Positions 16,387 to 26,462 of a stretch of 64,000 bases of DNA are shown piece by piece (the stretch's first letter is position 1; every line of letters begins with the position of its first letter). A program made the position numbers and the translations under genes. The notes under the pieces are model-generated. The model saw only the letters and a program-made list of their open reading frames with translations, searched no databases and had not been told where the DNA came from. Source of the DNA: an uncultured Desulfurococcaceae archaeon (lineage in GTDB: Archaea; Thermoproteota; Thermoprotei_A; Sulfolobales; NBVN01). The stretch lies in assembly GCA_964641155.1 (NCBI GenBank), contig CAZXJO010000002.1, positions 70,096-134,095 of the forward strand, in the 5' to 3' direction.

Positions 16387-17070
16387 GTGACGGTGTTAGA
16401 CGTGAACTCGCTAAAGGTCGTCGTATTCGACCTCGACGGCGTCTTAGTACCGTTTAGGAGTTCTTGGGAGTTCCTACATAGGTATTTCGGGGTCGTCGAC
16501 GATAGAGCGAGGGATGAGAACGTGGAGCTCTTCTACAGAGGTCTGATATCTTATAAGGAGTGGATGCGAAGAGATCTAGCATTACTGACTTCAAGGGGAT
16601 GTATTACAAGGGAGGAAGTGATCAAAGCTTTCAAAACTGTTAAACTTCGTCGAGGAGCTAAAGAGCTAAGCGAGTACCTCGTCAGTAAGAATGTGGAGTT
16701 AGCCATTGTGAGCGGGGGCGTTGACGTGCTGGCCCAGCTGGTTGGCGGCGAATTAAACATTAAGCGGATATATTCTAACAGGTTAGTGTTTGATGAACAC
16801 GGATGCTTACAACCTTACGGGGTAGAAGTCGTAAACCCTCTGAAGAAGGATGTCGTGCTCGAAGCCCTCTCCCTAGAATTGGGCATACCCTTAAGCAGGT
16901 TTATGTACGTGGGTGATACTTTATGGGATTTATGTGCTTTTAAAAAGGTTGGCTACCCAGTAGTAATTAACTGCAATCAATGTATAGACGTTCTCAGCGA
17001 GTGGGGGAAGAACTTCATAGTTGTGGACGAACTGGATGAGTTAATGGCATTCCTTGATGACCTCATTTAA
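16387..17070 (+). CDS. HAD-superfamily hydrolase (phosphoserine-phosphatase-like subfamily)
   Basis: HAD motif I is VVVFDLDGVLV, motif II is IVSGG, and motif IV is VGDTLWD. GTG start. Confidence 0.8.
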   Translation: MTVLDVNSLKVVVFDLDGVLVPFRSSWEFLHRYFGVVDDRARDENVELFYRGLISYKEWMRRDLALLTSRGCITREEVIKAFKTVKLRRGAKELSEYLVSKNVELAIVSGGVDVLAQLVGGELNIKRIYSNRLVFDEHGCLQPYGVEVVNPLKKDVVLEALSLELGIPLSRFMYVGDTLWDLCAFKKVGYPVVINCNQCIDVLSEWGKNFIVVDELDELMAFLDDLI

Positions 17071-17077
17071 AATGAGG

Positions 17078-17923
17078 TCAACCGCCTAATAACCTACTAA
17101 TGTTATTGTTTAATAACTTTAGGTAACCGTCTATGAAAGCCCTAACAGCCTCATAGGAGCCCTTATCCCTCAACACTTCCACGAAGCTCCTACACACATC
17201 CACTTCCGGCCTGCCGAGCATTTTAACGTGTATTTCTGAGCTGCATTCTCTTAACAAATCTTCTTCAGCCTTCTTAGCTTCTAAGGGTTGGTTAGTCCAA
17301 TACGCTAGTTCAGCCACGTAGGCGAGCACCACCAAACTAAGTAACGGCCTTAAATCCTCAAACGTTAGTAACGTCTTAACGAATTCGTCAATAGATCGCA
17401 CCATGTTGAAGGCCAACTCCTTAACACACCTCTTCACCCCTTGTACACTCCTCAACTCTGCATTGCGGCTTAGTTCGTCTACGTAATGTTTAATGTTTAT
17501 TCCATACGTGTTTAAGTTTTCAGAGACTATATACAGTTCTCCAATCAATTGAGGGGTTATAATCCACCTGCCGACGATGTCCTCATGGAACGACTTGACG
17601 ACGCTGACTAGCGCTTGAAACGCTCTCGCGGCATTAATCAGTAAGTCCTTAATAACGGCTGAGAACCACGCGTATCGAACCCTTAGTTCCACCACTCTAC
17701 CTATCTCTTTAACTAAGGGTGATGAAGGCCCCGACGTACTGATGAACACTCTTTTCGTGGGTGTTTCAACGACTAATGTGTCATCTTCTTGATACACCCT
17801 CATAACATCTGAAACTCTTACCTCATACATTACGTCCCTATGAACGCTCTGAATTAGGATTTTACCGCTAACTAAGGATACGTCACATATGAATACTTCA
17901 CCCTCTAATGTACATCTGGTCAA
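17078..17923 (-). CDS. Hypothetical protein, third gene of the orphan operon: N-terminal PH/GRAM-like beta domain plus a helical domain
   Basis: 281 aa. The N-terminal ~95 aa (VSLVSGKILIQSVHRDVMYEVRVSDVMRVYQEDDTLVVETPTKRVFIS) have the strand pattern of bacterial PH-like domains. The rest is helical. No catalytic motif was recognised. It lies 11 nt downstream of the membrane protein gene. Confidence 0.6.
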   Translation of the reverse strand: MTRCTLEGEVFICDVSLVSGKILIQSVHRDVMYEVRVSDVMRVYQEDDTLVVETPTKRVFISTSGPSSPLVKEIGRVVELRVRYAWFSAVIKDLLINAARAFQALVSVVKSFHEDIVGRWIITPQLIGELYIVSENLNTYGINIKHYVDELSRNAELRSVQGVKRCVKELAFNMVRSIDEFVKTLLTFEDLRPLLSLVVLAYVAELAYWTNQPLEAKKAEEDLLRECSSEIHVKMLGRPEVDVCRSFVEVLRDKGSYEAVRAFIDGYLKLLNNNISRLLGG

Positions 17924-17934
17924 CGCCGTAGTCC

Positions 17935-20085
17935 CTACCCCTTAACCTTCTTTAAGACGTTTCCCTCCACCACAACATCATTCCTAATAGCCGTGTAAAC
18001 GTTGATGAACCATTTCAAGGCTTCCTTAGACAGCGGGATATCGTCCAGCGACAAGCTACCGTACTTCAACCTCTCATCGAAGTATTTAATGAAGAGTTGT
18101 AAGTAATTGGTATAACGTAGAGTTTTATCGAAGATTTCCAGGTAAAATAAATGCTCGTATAGTAGCCCCAACCACTTAGAAGACATCCAATCAATTAAGT
18201 CGTAGCAGGTGGGGAGATTTCGGAAGACCGTAAAATCTTTCGAAGATTTACTCATCACTGAAGGAGACACAGGTGTTAGAATCCTATAATCCAACCCCAG
18301 GTTATCTGCAACACTAATGAGGAGTTTTTCCTTGATGTTCAGCTCCTGTAATATTAAATCTGACAGCCTGATTAGGCAGTCTCCTAAAGCACTGCATCTA
18401 ATCTTCATATCATTAAGGTGCTTAAACGTTAGGATTCCTCCTTGCGGGAATGACCCTAAGTTTGTGGAGACCTCCTTAAGCAGCTCAAGTAACTCCCCCC
18501 GCACCTTATGCGTGAACTCCTCGATGACCCCACCTATGGAGTCCTTCAAGCGTGTTGCCCTCTCAACAATGGCAGAGGCTTTTGAGGTGACCTCATGGCT
18601 GCTCAAGAGGTTTTCTAGGACATCAGCATACGCTTTGGTGATGTCTAAGAGTAGTATATTTTCAGGGCATTGCATCGAGGTATCAACGCTTACCCTAACT
18701 GCTAATACCTCAGCAATTATCCGAGCTAGGTCGTTCAGGGTCTTGATATAAGACTCACATATTATTTTCAATGCCTTCCTCAATCCCACACCAACACTTG
18801 GGATGTCCTCAAAACGTTTGATGCTTTCCAATAATTTAACCAAATCATCTAGCTCCGCGTTCCTAAGACCGCTGATGCTAACCCATTTATCGTACGATTC
18901 CCTCACCTCCTTAACGATTGATTGATATGCATCGACCACCTGATGCCTAGTATCAACTAACTCTTTGCCCACCTTTTCCAGTAGGGCTGCATAGCCCTTA
19001 ACCCAGTTTAATGAGGGAGTCGGCTTCCCCACCCGCTCTTCAACATGATCCAGCTCCCTTTCCAATTCTCTCAGCTTGTCTTGAAATGCGCTGACCTTAA
19101 CCCCGAGAAGGGGGTCCACAATTAACTCGTTTAAGACTGAACTGCAAGCGTTTAATTCGTCCCTAAGGCTGTGGATGTTTCTAACTAAGTCATCACTGAG
19201 ACGTACCAGTTCTCTATTAAGATTCCATGAACAACTCAACATGGAAACAAAAAATGACGGGATTGACGCGTAAATTACTGATAGGTACGATTCCACAGGT
19301 TTGGCCACCGTGACCAGGCCCGTAATTACGTGAATGAGGGTTAACACAGCTAACGACATACCGTACGAAACAGAGGAGTAAGGCAGGAGGTGTCTGGGCT
19401 CGGTCATCTCAGGTAGATAATGCCTTAAGAACTTATGGTACACCGTATTGAAGATCACGTAGACGAGGCAAGCTATGAGCATGGTGATAAGTAAGTTCAG
19501 CTCACCCCCACTAACGTACAAGACGTTAGATAGTTTCATGTGAGGAACTGCGGATACATCAGATACTGACACTGGGATAAGCAGGTACGGGAGGTACACT
19601 AGTAGGGCAATGCCTGCAAATCTCAGACCATCAGTAGCAGTTTTAAGGAGTAAGATGTGAGGGGTCATCAAAGCGAACGGCAGGAGTCCTCCGAAATCTA
19701 AGAACGCTGAAGGTAAAGAAATTATTATCAGCACTTGAGCTAAGGAAATTCCGAGATCGCTCCGAAGGGCTAAGATACTTGCGGCCAGGCCGGAAACTAT
19801 GGGTGTTATGAACATCATGTAAGGTCCTAGTGCCGACTTGAAGACGAGGTTGGGAGCTGTCCCGTATGCATATATGAAAACTAACGCCAAGAACAAATAC
19901 GTCGCAGCTAACCCTTTTCTGATGTCTTTGTAGATTATGACTGAGGTGATGGCCAACGACGCCGCGTAGAGTGCGGAGAACGTGACAAAGGTAATAACGC
20001 CCTTACTAAGCCCTACTAGATACGTGAGTATGTTGAATGAGATGATGCATAAAACCAGTGCTGATAGTTCGTAGTACCTCATCAC
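17935..20085 (-). CDS. Hypothetical polytopic membrane protein (about 9-10 TM in the first ~290 aa) with a roughly 430 aa cytoplasmic helical/coiled-coil-like domain
   Basis: 716 aa. The N-terminus is hydrophobic (LVLCIISFNILTYLVGL ... IPSFFVSMLSCSW). The C-terminus is rich in heptad-like helices (LRDELNACSSVLNELI, LRELERELDHVEERV). No Walker, HExxH, DEAD or Cys-cluster motifs were found. Its start overlaps the upstream stop (ATGA at 20082-20085). Confidence 0.65.
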   Translation of the reverse strand: MMRYYELSALVLCIISFNILTYLVGLSKGVITFVTFSALYAASLAITSVIIYKDIRKGLAATYLFLALVFIYAYGTAPNLVFKSALGPYMMFITPIVSGLAASILALRSDLGISLAQVLIIISLPSAFLDFGGLLPFALMTPHILLLKTATDGLRFAGIALLVYLPYLLIPVSVSDVSAVPHMKLSNVLYVSGGELNLLITMLIACLVYVIFNTVYHKFLRHYLPEMTEPRHLLPYSSVSYGMSLAVLTLIHVITGLVTVAKPVESYLSVIYASIPSFFVSMLSCSWNLNRELVRLSDDLVRNIHSLRDELNACSSVLNELIVDPLLGVKVSAFQDKLRELERELDHVEERVGKPTPSLNWVKGYAALLEKVGKELVDTRHQVVDAYQSIVKEVRESYDKWVSISGLRNAELDDLVKLLESIKRFEDIPSVGVGLRKALKIICESYIKTLNDLARIIAEVLAVRVSVDTSMQCPENILLLDITKAYADVLENLLSSHEVTSKASAIVERATRLKDSIGGVIEEFTHKVRGELLELLKEVSTNLGSFPQGGILTFKHLNDMKIRCSALGDCLIRLSDLILQELNIKEKLLISVADNLGLDYRILTPVSPSVMSKSSKDFTVFRNLPTCYDLIDWMSSKWLGLLYEHLFYLEIFDKTLRYTNYLQLFIKYFDERLKYGSLSLDDIPLSKEALKWFINVYTAIRNDVVVEGNVLKKVKG

Positions 20086-21038
20086 TGACCCGTAACCTTA
20101 GCTAAGTCTTCCAAGGAGATCTGCAATTTCCGCTCCCTAACTAGCTCGTAAGATTTAGCTATAAACTTTCGTAATGTGAGAATTAAGTTGTTGCAGGGTT
20201 CAACGGTTAATACCGTAAGTAGGTCGCTCTTGGACGGAATGCTAATCAGAATTAATTCCCTCACATTTAACCTGTTTTTAAGGTAGTTGATCTGGGAGCT
20301 CAAATCCTTTAAGTTATGAGCGACTGCTATTAAGGCGGAGTCTATGGAGTTTGTATAGTCATGCATTAAATGGTGCGAGAACATGACGATGTTTGCAAGA
20401 CTACCGAAGACCTCCAAATCGGCTTTTGGGAAGCAAGTGATGATGCCTAGCCTCCCGTGCTCGCTCAGGTACTTCTCAATATCGGAAGAAATCTTAAGTA
20501 TGTTAACCACGCATGCTGAAAACGTTTCCTCACCACCAACAAGTTTTAAGTAACTTATCAAGTCTTCGTGAATTAGAAGCATTAAGTCGGCTATCCCCTC
20601 CTTCGTTGCGAGTGCTAGGTATGTCAATAGGTTAATAAAGTCATTATCGGATGGATTGGAAGGCACCCTCAACACAGTAATGGTCCTCGAGCTAACGTTG
20701 ACTTTCTTCACCTCCCTCATCAGTTCATATGAGAGCAGTAGGTTGTGAGGGTTTGCGTCTATAAATGCGAGTGTCTCTAAGACATCACTGGTCACACATA
20801 ACCTCATGTTCGAAATGGGGTCGTAAGACTGGTCTCCAAGCCTTGAGAACCAGTAACCACCTTCAAGGGCAGGCTGGGTTGCGGAGCTGTTGGCGGGTAG
20901 GTATACCGTGCTATCACTCCCTAGTAGCGACCTTAAAACGTTAAGGTCGTCCCTAGCTGATGCAAGCACTAACCTGGAGTAGGTTTTGAAGTCCACAGAG
21001 TCTATGAGCCTGATCAGCCTATCTAGGTAATAGCTCAT
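20082..21038 (-). CDS. Hypothetical soluble protein, first gene of the orphan operon
   Basis: 318 aa with mixed alpha/beta character, no Walker A and no other recognisable motif. It is translationally coupled to the downstream membrane protein gene. Confidence 0.6.
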   Translation of the reverse strand: MSYYLDRLIRLIDSVDFKTYSRLVLASARDDLNVLRSLLGSDSTVYLPANSSATQPALEGGYWFSRLGDQSYDPISNMRLCVTSDVLETLAFIDANPHNLLLSYELMREVKKVNVSSRTITVLRVPSNPSDNDFINLLTYLALATKEGIADLMLLIHEDLISYLKLVGGEETFSACVVNILKISSDIEKYLSEHGRLGIITCFPKADLEVFGSLANIVMFSHHLMHDYTNSIDSALIAVAHNLKDLSSQINYLKNRLNVRELILISIPSKSDLLTVLTVEPCNNLILTLRKFIAKSYELVRERKLQISLEDLAKVTGQ

Positions 21039-21209
21039 AAGTTAGCACCATGGTTTCATATGATTTTGATGTACTGGCGGTCATGACTAGCACCTAGGTA
21101 TATAAGTATCAAGTCCCCAACAATTTTGTCTAGGTGACTAATTAACTTTATTAGTTGCCTTATATACCATAAGCTGATGATGAGGGAGGTGATCTTAGAT
21201 AGGTGAAGA

Positions 21210-21899
21210 GTGGTGTTCTCGTCTGACCTCCTAAACCAACTCACCAAACTCTATGGCAAACTTTCTGAGGGTCCGTGCGTGCGAGCTGCTGAGGTCCCCG
21301 AATCCATACTAGAGTTTCTGATGGGTAATGACTTAGTTTATGTTGGGCTGAGCGACGAGCTGTGCATTAAGTCCGCGGTTAAGTTAGCGTTGGAACTCCT
21401 TAAATTAGGCTCAGATGCTGAGACGGTATCCAAACCACTTAACTGGAAGGACTTCGAAGAACTAATTAACGAATACCTGGGCCTAAGAGGCTACTACGTA
21501 ATTAGAGGACTGCGCTTCGGCCGTAGGAGATATGAGGTAGACGTCATCGGTATTGACGAAGTCTCCAAGGTTGCATTTATCATAGATTGCAAGCACTGGA
21601 GCCCGGGGTACAGCAAGAGAGGGAGGTTGGCCCACATAGCTAAAGAACACAGATCTAAAGTTGAGGTGCTTTCCACTGAATGCGATTCCGTCATCGGCAA
21701 GTGCTGGGCACTGAGTAGGGCTAAGGTCTTAATCCCGGTCATCGTGACGTTGACTGACGTCGTGCGTGGTTATGTAGGTGGTTCGTTTATAGTGCCCGTA
21801 CTCCGGTTCAACGATTTCATATGTAACGCACAGTTCTACGTAGATTCCATGGTGAGCAGGTCTGACGTAATAATAAACAAATGCTACCGTGAAGCTTAA
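21210..21899 (+). CDS. PD-(D/E)XK nuclease superfamily protein, Mrr-cat-like restriction endonuclease fold
   Basis: LNWKDFEELINEYLGLRGYYVIRGLRF..RRYEVDVIGIDEVSKVAFIIDCKHW matches the Mrr-type layout: an FE..L helix, the D of the first beta strand, then (D/E)xK, here ID-C-K. GTG start. It is divergent from the orphan operon across a 171-nt AT-rich spacer. Confidence 0.65.
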   Translation: MVFSSDLLNQLTKLYGKLSEGPCVRAAEVPESILEFLMGNDLVYVGLSDELCIKSAVKLALELLKLGSDAETVSKPLNWKDFEELINEYLGLRGYYVIRGLRFGRRRYEVDVIGIDEVSKVAFIIDCKHWSPGYSKRGRLAHIAKEHRSKVEVLSTECDSVIGKCWALSRAKVLIPVIVTLTDVVRGYVGGSFIVPVLRFNDFICNAQFYVDSMVSRSDVIINKCYREA

Positions 21900-21945
21900 A
21901 CCATGACAGCATTCGATTGGACCACCTAAAAATGATGCAGGATCG

Positions 21946-22185
21946 TCAGGTCCTCACGGTGGTCGTTGACGTGTTAGGTCCCGTAGATACGGGTTCACTA
22001 ATTGTGGTGTTCTCGCTGACCGGAATCTGTGGACTCGCAATCTGTGTTTGGGTGTTGGCTGTCATCTCAGTTCCAACTTTCTTCTCCTCTAACGTACCGG
22101 CAATTGCAAGGGCTACCGTTATGATCATCAAAACCGCAAGCAGTAATATGCCTCCAACAGGTTTTTGTTGCCGTGTTTTAGACAT
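21946..22185 (-). CDS. Small N-terminally anchored Thr/Ser-rich protein (hypothetical)
   Basis: 79 aa. MSKTRQQKPVGGILLLAVLMIITVALAIAG (charged N-terminus plus TM) is followed by a T/S/P/Q-rich tail. It competes with an overlapping plus-strand ORF (21917-22198) that looks less protein-like. Confidence 0.35.
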   Translation of the reverse strand: MSKTRQQKPVGGILLLAVLMIITVALAIAGTLEEKKVGTEMTANTQTQIASPQIPVSENTTISEPVSTGPNTSTTTVRT

Positions 22186-22304
22186 ACCACGTACCTAGAG
22201 ACTAGTGGTTCTTACCTTAATAACTATAATCCTTAATAACACTATAATGATTTAACAAGTTTAACCATAACCTATAATTGTGACATAGTAATTAGATTGG
22301 AGGT

Positions 22305-23486
22305 GTGCATGACGTGGTCTTAGAAACGTTGCTCATCGTGTTGGTCGTTGAGTTACTGCTCTATTTAATGTTCACCTATTGGAAAGGTTTCTCAGCAAAG
22401 CTTAAAGATAAGGGTTTACACATAAGCGCGTTCACAGTGATGTTGGACATAAAGAAGGCTATGGAACCTAAAAGCTGGAGATCCAGCGCGGTCAGCAAGG
22501 CAATAGGTTTTATTGGAGTTATTAACGTAGCAGTGCTCATAGTGTTGTTCTACTGGATGGTGATTCCATCAATTTTTGAATTCGTGAAGGCCTTAATGGG
22601 GACCCAGAGGGTTGTTTCCGCACCATTCGTACCCGTAGTTCCAGGTATTACCATTAAGGGGAGCAACATAATCTGCTTCATGATAGGTGTAGGTGTTGCT
22701 GTGATCACGCATGAATTACTTCATGCCATAACCGCGTTGAGGGAGGGGATTAAGGTGGAATCATGGGGTTTGGGGGTGTTCTTGATATTTCCCTTCGCTT
22801 ATGTTAGGATAGATGACGAAGGATTTAATAAATCATCGCTTAGCAGTAAGGTTAAGGTGTTATCGGCCGGGGTTCTGTCGAACACCGCATTCGCCCTGAT
22901 GCTATTAATCGCCTTAAATGCCGGGGCTTCAGCGCTCGAGCAGTATTCGGTGGTAGTCATATATGAGTTGGATAGGAGCTTAGGTCCTGAAGCACCTGCC
23001 TTGATTGCTGGTATACCGACCCCTTCAGTAATTAACAGTATTAATGGGACCGAGATCAAAAGCTTAGCGGATTTGAGGAATTACCTCCTATCAATCAGTG
23101 ATAAGTCAACCTCACTGATATTGAATATTTCCAGGTTTAATGCCTTAGTCGATGATGTATTCGTTAGGGGGTTGCAGGAGCCTGAGCTAATCGTGGTTAA
23201 CAAACCTTCAAATATGTCTAGGTTGGGGATATTGGTTATTGAAGCTCTCTCACCCTCCACTCCTGCATATCTGTACTACTTGAACAGGATCTTCTACTGG
23301 ACATACGTGGTTAACATCAGTTTAGCAATATTCAACGCCGCACCCCTTGTAATAACTGATGGGGGGAGGATACTGCAAGAGGTGTTCAGGAAATATGGTA
23401 TGGTTAAGGTAGGCAATATCCTTCAATGGGGCACGGTAGCGGTGACGGCTGTCCTCCTGGTGGCTGGGTTTATACGCTTTATATGA
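22305..23486 (+). CDS. Site-2 protease (M50 family) intramembrane metalloprotease with a PDZ-like insert
   Basis: HExxH is present as THELLHA within a TM helix. The second metal-ligand motif is NAAPLVITDGG. The PDZ-like segment is SVINSINGTEIKSLADLRNYL. Confidence 0.85.
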   Translation: MHDVVLETLLIVLVVELLLYLMFTYWKGFSAKLKDKGLHISAFTVMLDIKKAMEPKSWRSSAVSKAIGFIGVINVAVLIVLFYWMVIPSIFEFVKALMGTQRVVSAPFVPVVPGITIKGSNIICFMIGVGVAVITHELLHAITALREGIKVESWGLGVFLIFPFAYVRIDDEGFNKSSLSSKVKVLSAGVLSNTAFALMLLIALNAGASALEQYSVVVIYELDRSLGPEAPALIAGIPTPSVINSINGTEIKSLADLRNYLLSISDKSTSLILNISRFNALVDDVFVRGLQEPELIVVNKPSNMSRLGILVIEALSPSTPAYLYYLNRIFYWTYVVNISLAIFNAAPLVITDGGRILQEVFRKYGMVKVGNILQWGTVAVTAVLLVAGFIRFI

Positions 23487-23615
23487 GTGCTGCGGTACGT
23501 CCACACGATTGGTGATGTTAGGTGTTGTAGTATTAAATCCATGATTGCTTAAATATCCAGTTTAACCACATTAAAGAGATGTGGGAATGTTTACGCCTGG
23601 CAGGGTGACTACCCA

Positions 23616-24317
23616 ATGGTTAAGGTGTTGGGGATTAACGGATCGCCGAGGTCTTATGGGAACTCCATTCAAGCCCTGCAACTGGCGTTACGGGCAGCAG
23701 AGCTAGAAGGGTCTGAAGTTGAGGTGTTAAACCTCTATGAATACGACATTAAGCCATGCATGGGCTGCGTTAGTGATGACATCATGGCCTGCACCTACCC
23801 GTGCCCGATAAAGGATGACATGACGAAAATATACCTCAAAACCATTGAAGCGGATGGGATTATTATCTCATCACCCATTTACTGGTTCGGCGTCAGTGGG
23901 CATCTCAAAAACCTAATTGATAGGTTAACGGTCCTAGAGAATATGATATACGTTGATGGGAGGAGTTGGCTTGAGGGTAAGGTGGTTGGATTTATAGCCC
24001 TTGGAAATGATGAAGGGGCTGCGGCCGTGATATCCAACTTAATGATAGTGGCGAACAGTTTCGGAATGGTGATACCGCCATGGGCGCTGGCCTACTACGT
24101 CGGTGAGGGAAATGCTTTGGAGGATCCCAAACTATTGCTTGACGCGGCTAATGTGGGGAGGGCTGTGACCATAATGGCTCAAGTGCTTAAAGGCTTGAGG
24201 ACCCCTCCTAAGGTGTGGTATAGGGTTGATGACTCCTACGTGGAATTCATTAAGGGTGTGGCGAACGAAATAATTAAGGAGGTCAACGACAGGATCAACT
24301 TATCTGACAACTTATAG
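23616..24317 (+). CDS. NAD(P)H-dependent FMN reductase / iron-sulfur flavoprotein-like protein
   Basis: The flavodoxin-like N-terminus VLGINGSPRSYGNS is followed by a Cys cluster (KPCMGCVSDDIMACTYPC) as in Isf-type flavoproteins, and by SSPIYWFGVSG. Confidence 0.7.
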   Translation: MVKVLGINGSPRSYGNSIQALQLALRAAELEGSEVEVLNLYEYDIKPCMGCVSDDIMACTYPCPIKDDMTKIYLKTIEADGIIISSPIYWFGVSGHLKNLIDRLTVLENMIYVDGRSWLEGKVVGFIALGNDEGAAAVISNLMIVANSFGMVIPPWALAYYVGEGNALEDPKLLLDAANVGRAVTIMAQVLKGLRTPPKVWYRVDDSYVEFIKGVANEIIKEVNDRINLSDNL

Positions 24318-24334
24318 ACTCCACGGTGTAAGCA

Positions 24335-25666
24335 TCATTTAGACCTTCTAAACCGGCTGACGGTCTTTTGGATCCTAATCATCTTCTCAAACACTAGGAT
24401 CCGTGAGGTCAGTAGCACTAAGACGACTGAGAAGGTTAGGGAGGCCAGCAACCAGAGGGGCACTAAAGGATCGGGCTTTGAAAGCATGAGCTCTTTTGAC
24501 ATAGCCATGGGCTGCGTGAAGGGTATTGTGTAAAGCATTAACTTGATCGTAGGATTCAATTTGCTGATGTCTGTAAACATCACATAATAGCTTGGGATGA
24601 TGACAAACATTGAAAGAGAGCCTGACAACGTTGTAGCTATTCTAACATCACTGCTTAAAACCCCTATTGTGACTCCAAGTGTGGCCATCGCGAAGGACGC
24701 TAACATCAAGCTAATTGCTAGGTAAGCCATCGATTCAGGCTGGATGTAATGCAGTGATGGGGTGAAGCCTTCAACGCTACCTATGGCTGATGACATACCT
24801 ACCGCGAAAATGTAGAAGTAAAGTATGAATCCAACTATGTTTAACGTGGAGCCTACTAAAGCTACGGTGAATGAACCTAAGAGCTTACCTAGGAGTATCT
24901 TAAACCTCGAGATGGGTAGGGTTAGTAGCACTTCAAGGGTTTTTTCTTCGTTCTCTATCGCAGTGGATGTAGAAGCCATCTGGAGGACCCCAATGGTTAT
25001 TACCATGAACGCGAGAGGGAGTGTGAATGAAGTTATGCTCAACTGGGTGAGGACGGCGGGGCTGCTTGGCAACGTTTGATTACGTGTGACTATGTACGTC
25101 AACGTGACGATGTTTGTCGGGGATTTTATTAGTTGTAGCGACACGTTTACACCGTAATTTTCGAGGATGTATTTTCCTAGCAGGTCATTAATTGCTGATG
25201 CAACAATTGATGACTTGAGCGATGGTATGAATGCGGCGGATTTGACAATATCTATTGCGGTTATGTTAGGCCTCATATTTCGATTTATTGATTCGGTGAA
25301 GCCCTCATCGATGAGTATGACAACGTCGCAGTTGAGGTTAGATGCCAATGCAGTTAACTCCTCAACATCTGAAGTACTCGCAACTTCCACCCTAGATGCT
25401 ATTGCCTTGGTCTTCAAATCATTTATGAGGTGGGCTGTTAGCTCAGTGCGGTCTAGGTCGCTTACCAGTATGTTAATAGGAGATGTGATATCGCTCACTG
25501 ATTCCTTCACGCCTGATGAAATTACAAGACCCATCAAAGGTAGGATAAGGGCCGAAATGATGAACGGTATCCATATGCGGGGGTCTCTCACTAAGTCTTT
25601 GACTTCCTTCTTAATTAACTCCTCCAACATTCGAGCCGCCCACCAACTTAATGAAAAGTTCCTCAA
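24335..25666 (-). CDS. ABC-2 type transporter permease (NatB-like, large extracytoplasmic loop after TM1)
   Basis: 443 aa, with one N-terminal TM, a ~170 aa loop, then 5-6 TMs. It lies downstream of the ABC ATPase. The annotated start overlaps the ATPase by 56 nt, and the alternative ATG 25630 (MLEELIKKE) reduces that overlap. Confidence 0.7.
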   Translation of the reverse strand: MRNFSLSWWAARMLEELIKKEVKDLVRDPRIWIPFIISALILPLMGLVISSGVKESVSDITSPINILVSDLDRTELTAHLINDLKTKAIASRVEVASTSDVEELTALASNLNCDVVILIDEGFTESINRNMRPNITAIDIVKSAAFIPSLKSSIVASAINDLLGKYILENYGVNVSLQLIKSPTNIVTLTYIVTRNQTLPSSPAVLTQLSITSFTLPLAFMVITIGVLQMASTSTAIENEEKTLEVLLTLPISRFKILLGKLLGSFTVALVGSTLNIVGFILYFYIFAVGMSSAIGSVEGFTPSLHYIQPESMAYLAISLMLASFAMATLGVTIGVLSSDVRIATTLSGSLSMFVIIPSYYVMFTDISKLNPTIKLMLYTIPFTQPMAMSKELMLSKPDPLVPLWLLASLTFSVVLVLLTSRILVFEKMIRIQKTVSRFRRSK

Positions 25667-26357
25667 GGTTTCTAACGCCGTAGTTGCTAATCAACTCGTT
25701 CATGAAGCCCACGGCAAGTAACCTACCCTCCGACAGCAAGCCAACCTTATGACATAGCCCCTCCACCTCGAGCATGTTGTGACTGGAGATTAACACGGTG
25801 GTTCCGTAAGTCTTCACGAAATCTTTTACCAGCTCCCTAATGCTGTGTGAGTAAACGACGTCCAAACCCGCGGTTGGTTCGTCCAGTATAGCGATCTTAG
25901 GTTTGACCATTAAAGCCCTCGCCATCTGAACCCTTCTCTTCATACCCTTACTGTAGGTCTTCATTTTATCGTGGATTTTATCGTCCAAACCTGATAACTT
26001 TATGCCTAGCTCCAAGCATTCTTCATAATCGTATGGGGATTTGTAGTAAGCCTTAGCCACGAGCTTCAGATATTCGTAAGCGGTTATGTTCTTATACACG
26101 CCAGCATCTTCCGGTAAGTATGAAATGAGTTTCCTAACAACGTTCGAGTCCTTAACAACGTCGTGACCGTACACGCTCACCGTCCCTGATGTAGGGACTA
26201 ATAACGTGGCCAGAATCCTGAAAGCTGTGGTCTTCCCGGCGCCATTAGGACCTATGAGTCCGAAGATCTCACCCTCATCAACGTTAAAGGATATACCCTT
26301 CAATGCAGTGAAGCTTCCATAATTCTTCACCAGGTCCTTAACCTCCACAGCTTGCAT
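25611..26357 (-). CDS. ABC transporter ATP-binding protein
   Basis: Walker A is GPNGAGKTT, the signature-like motif is YSKGMKRRVQMARAL, and Walker B is ILDEPTAGLD. Confidence 0.9.
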   Translation of the reverse strand: MQAVEVKDLVKNYGSFTALKGISFNVDEGEIFGLIGPNGAGKTTAFRILATLLVPTSGTVSVYGHDVVKDSNVVRKLISYLPEDAGVYKNITAYEYLKLVAKAYYKSPYDYEECLELGIKLSGLDDKIHDKMKTYSKGMKRRVQMARALMVKPKIAILDEPTAGLDVVYSHSIRELVKDFVKTYGTTVLISSHNMLEVEGLCHKVGLLSEGRLLAVGFMNELISNYGVRNLEELFIKLVGGSNVGGVN

Positions 26358-26462
26358 CTACTTCGCCGCACCTAACACAATGGGCACTTAATTGTTTTTA
26401 AGTTTTAAGAAAAGAATAAGGAAATATTTACCGTATTCTCAGTACTTCATACGGGATTTAAC

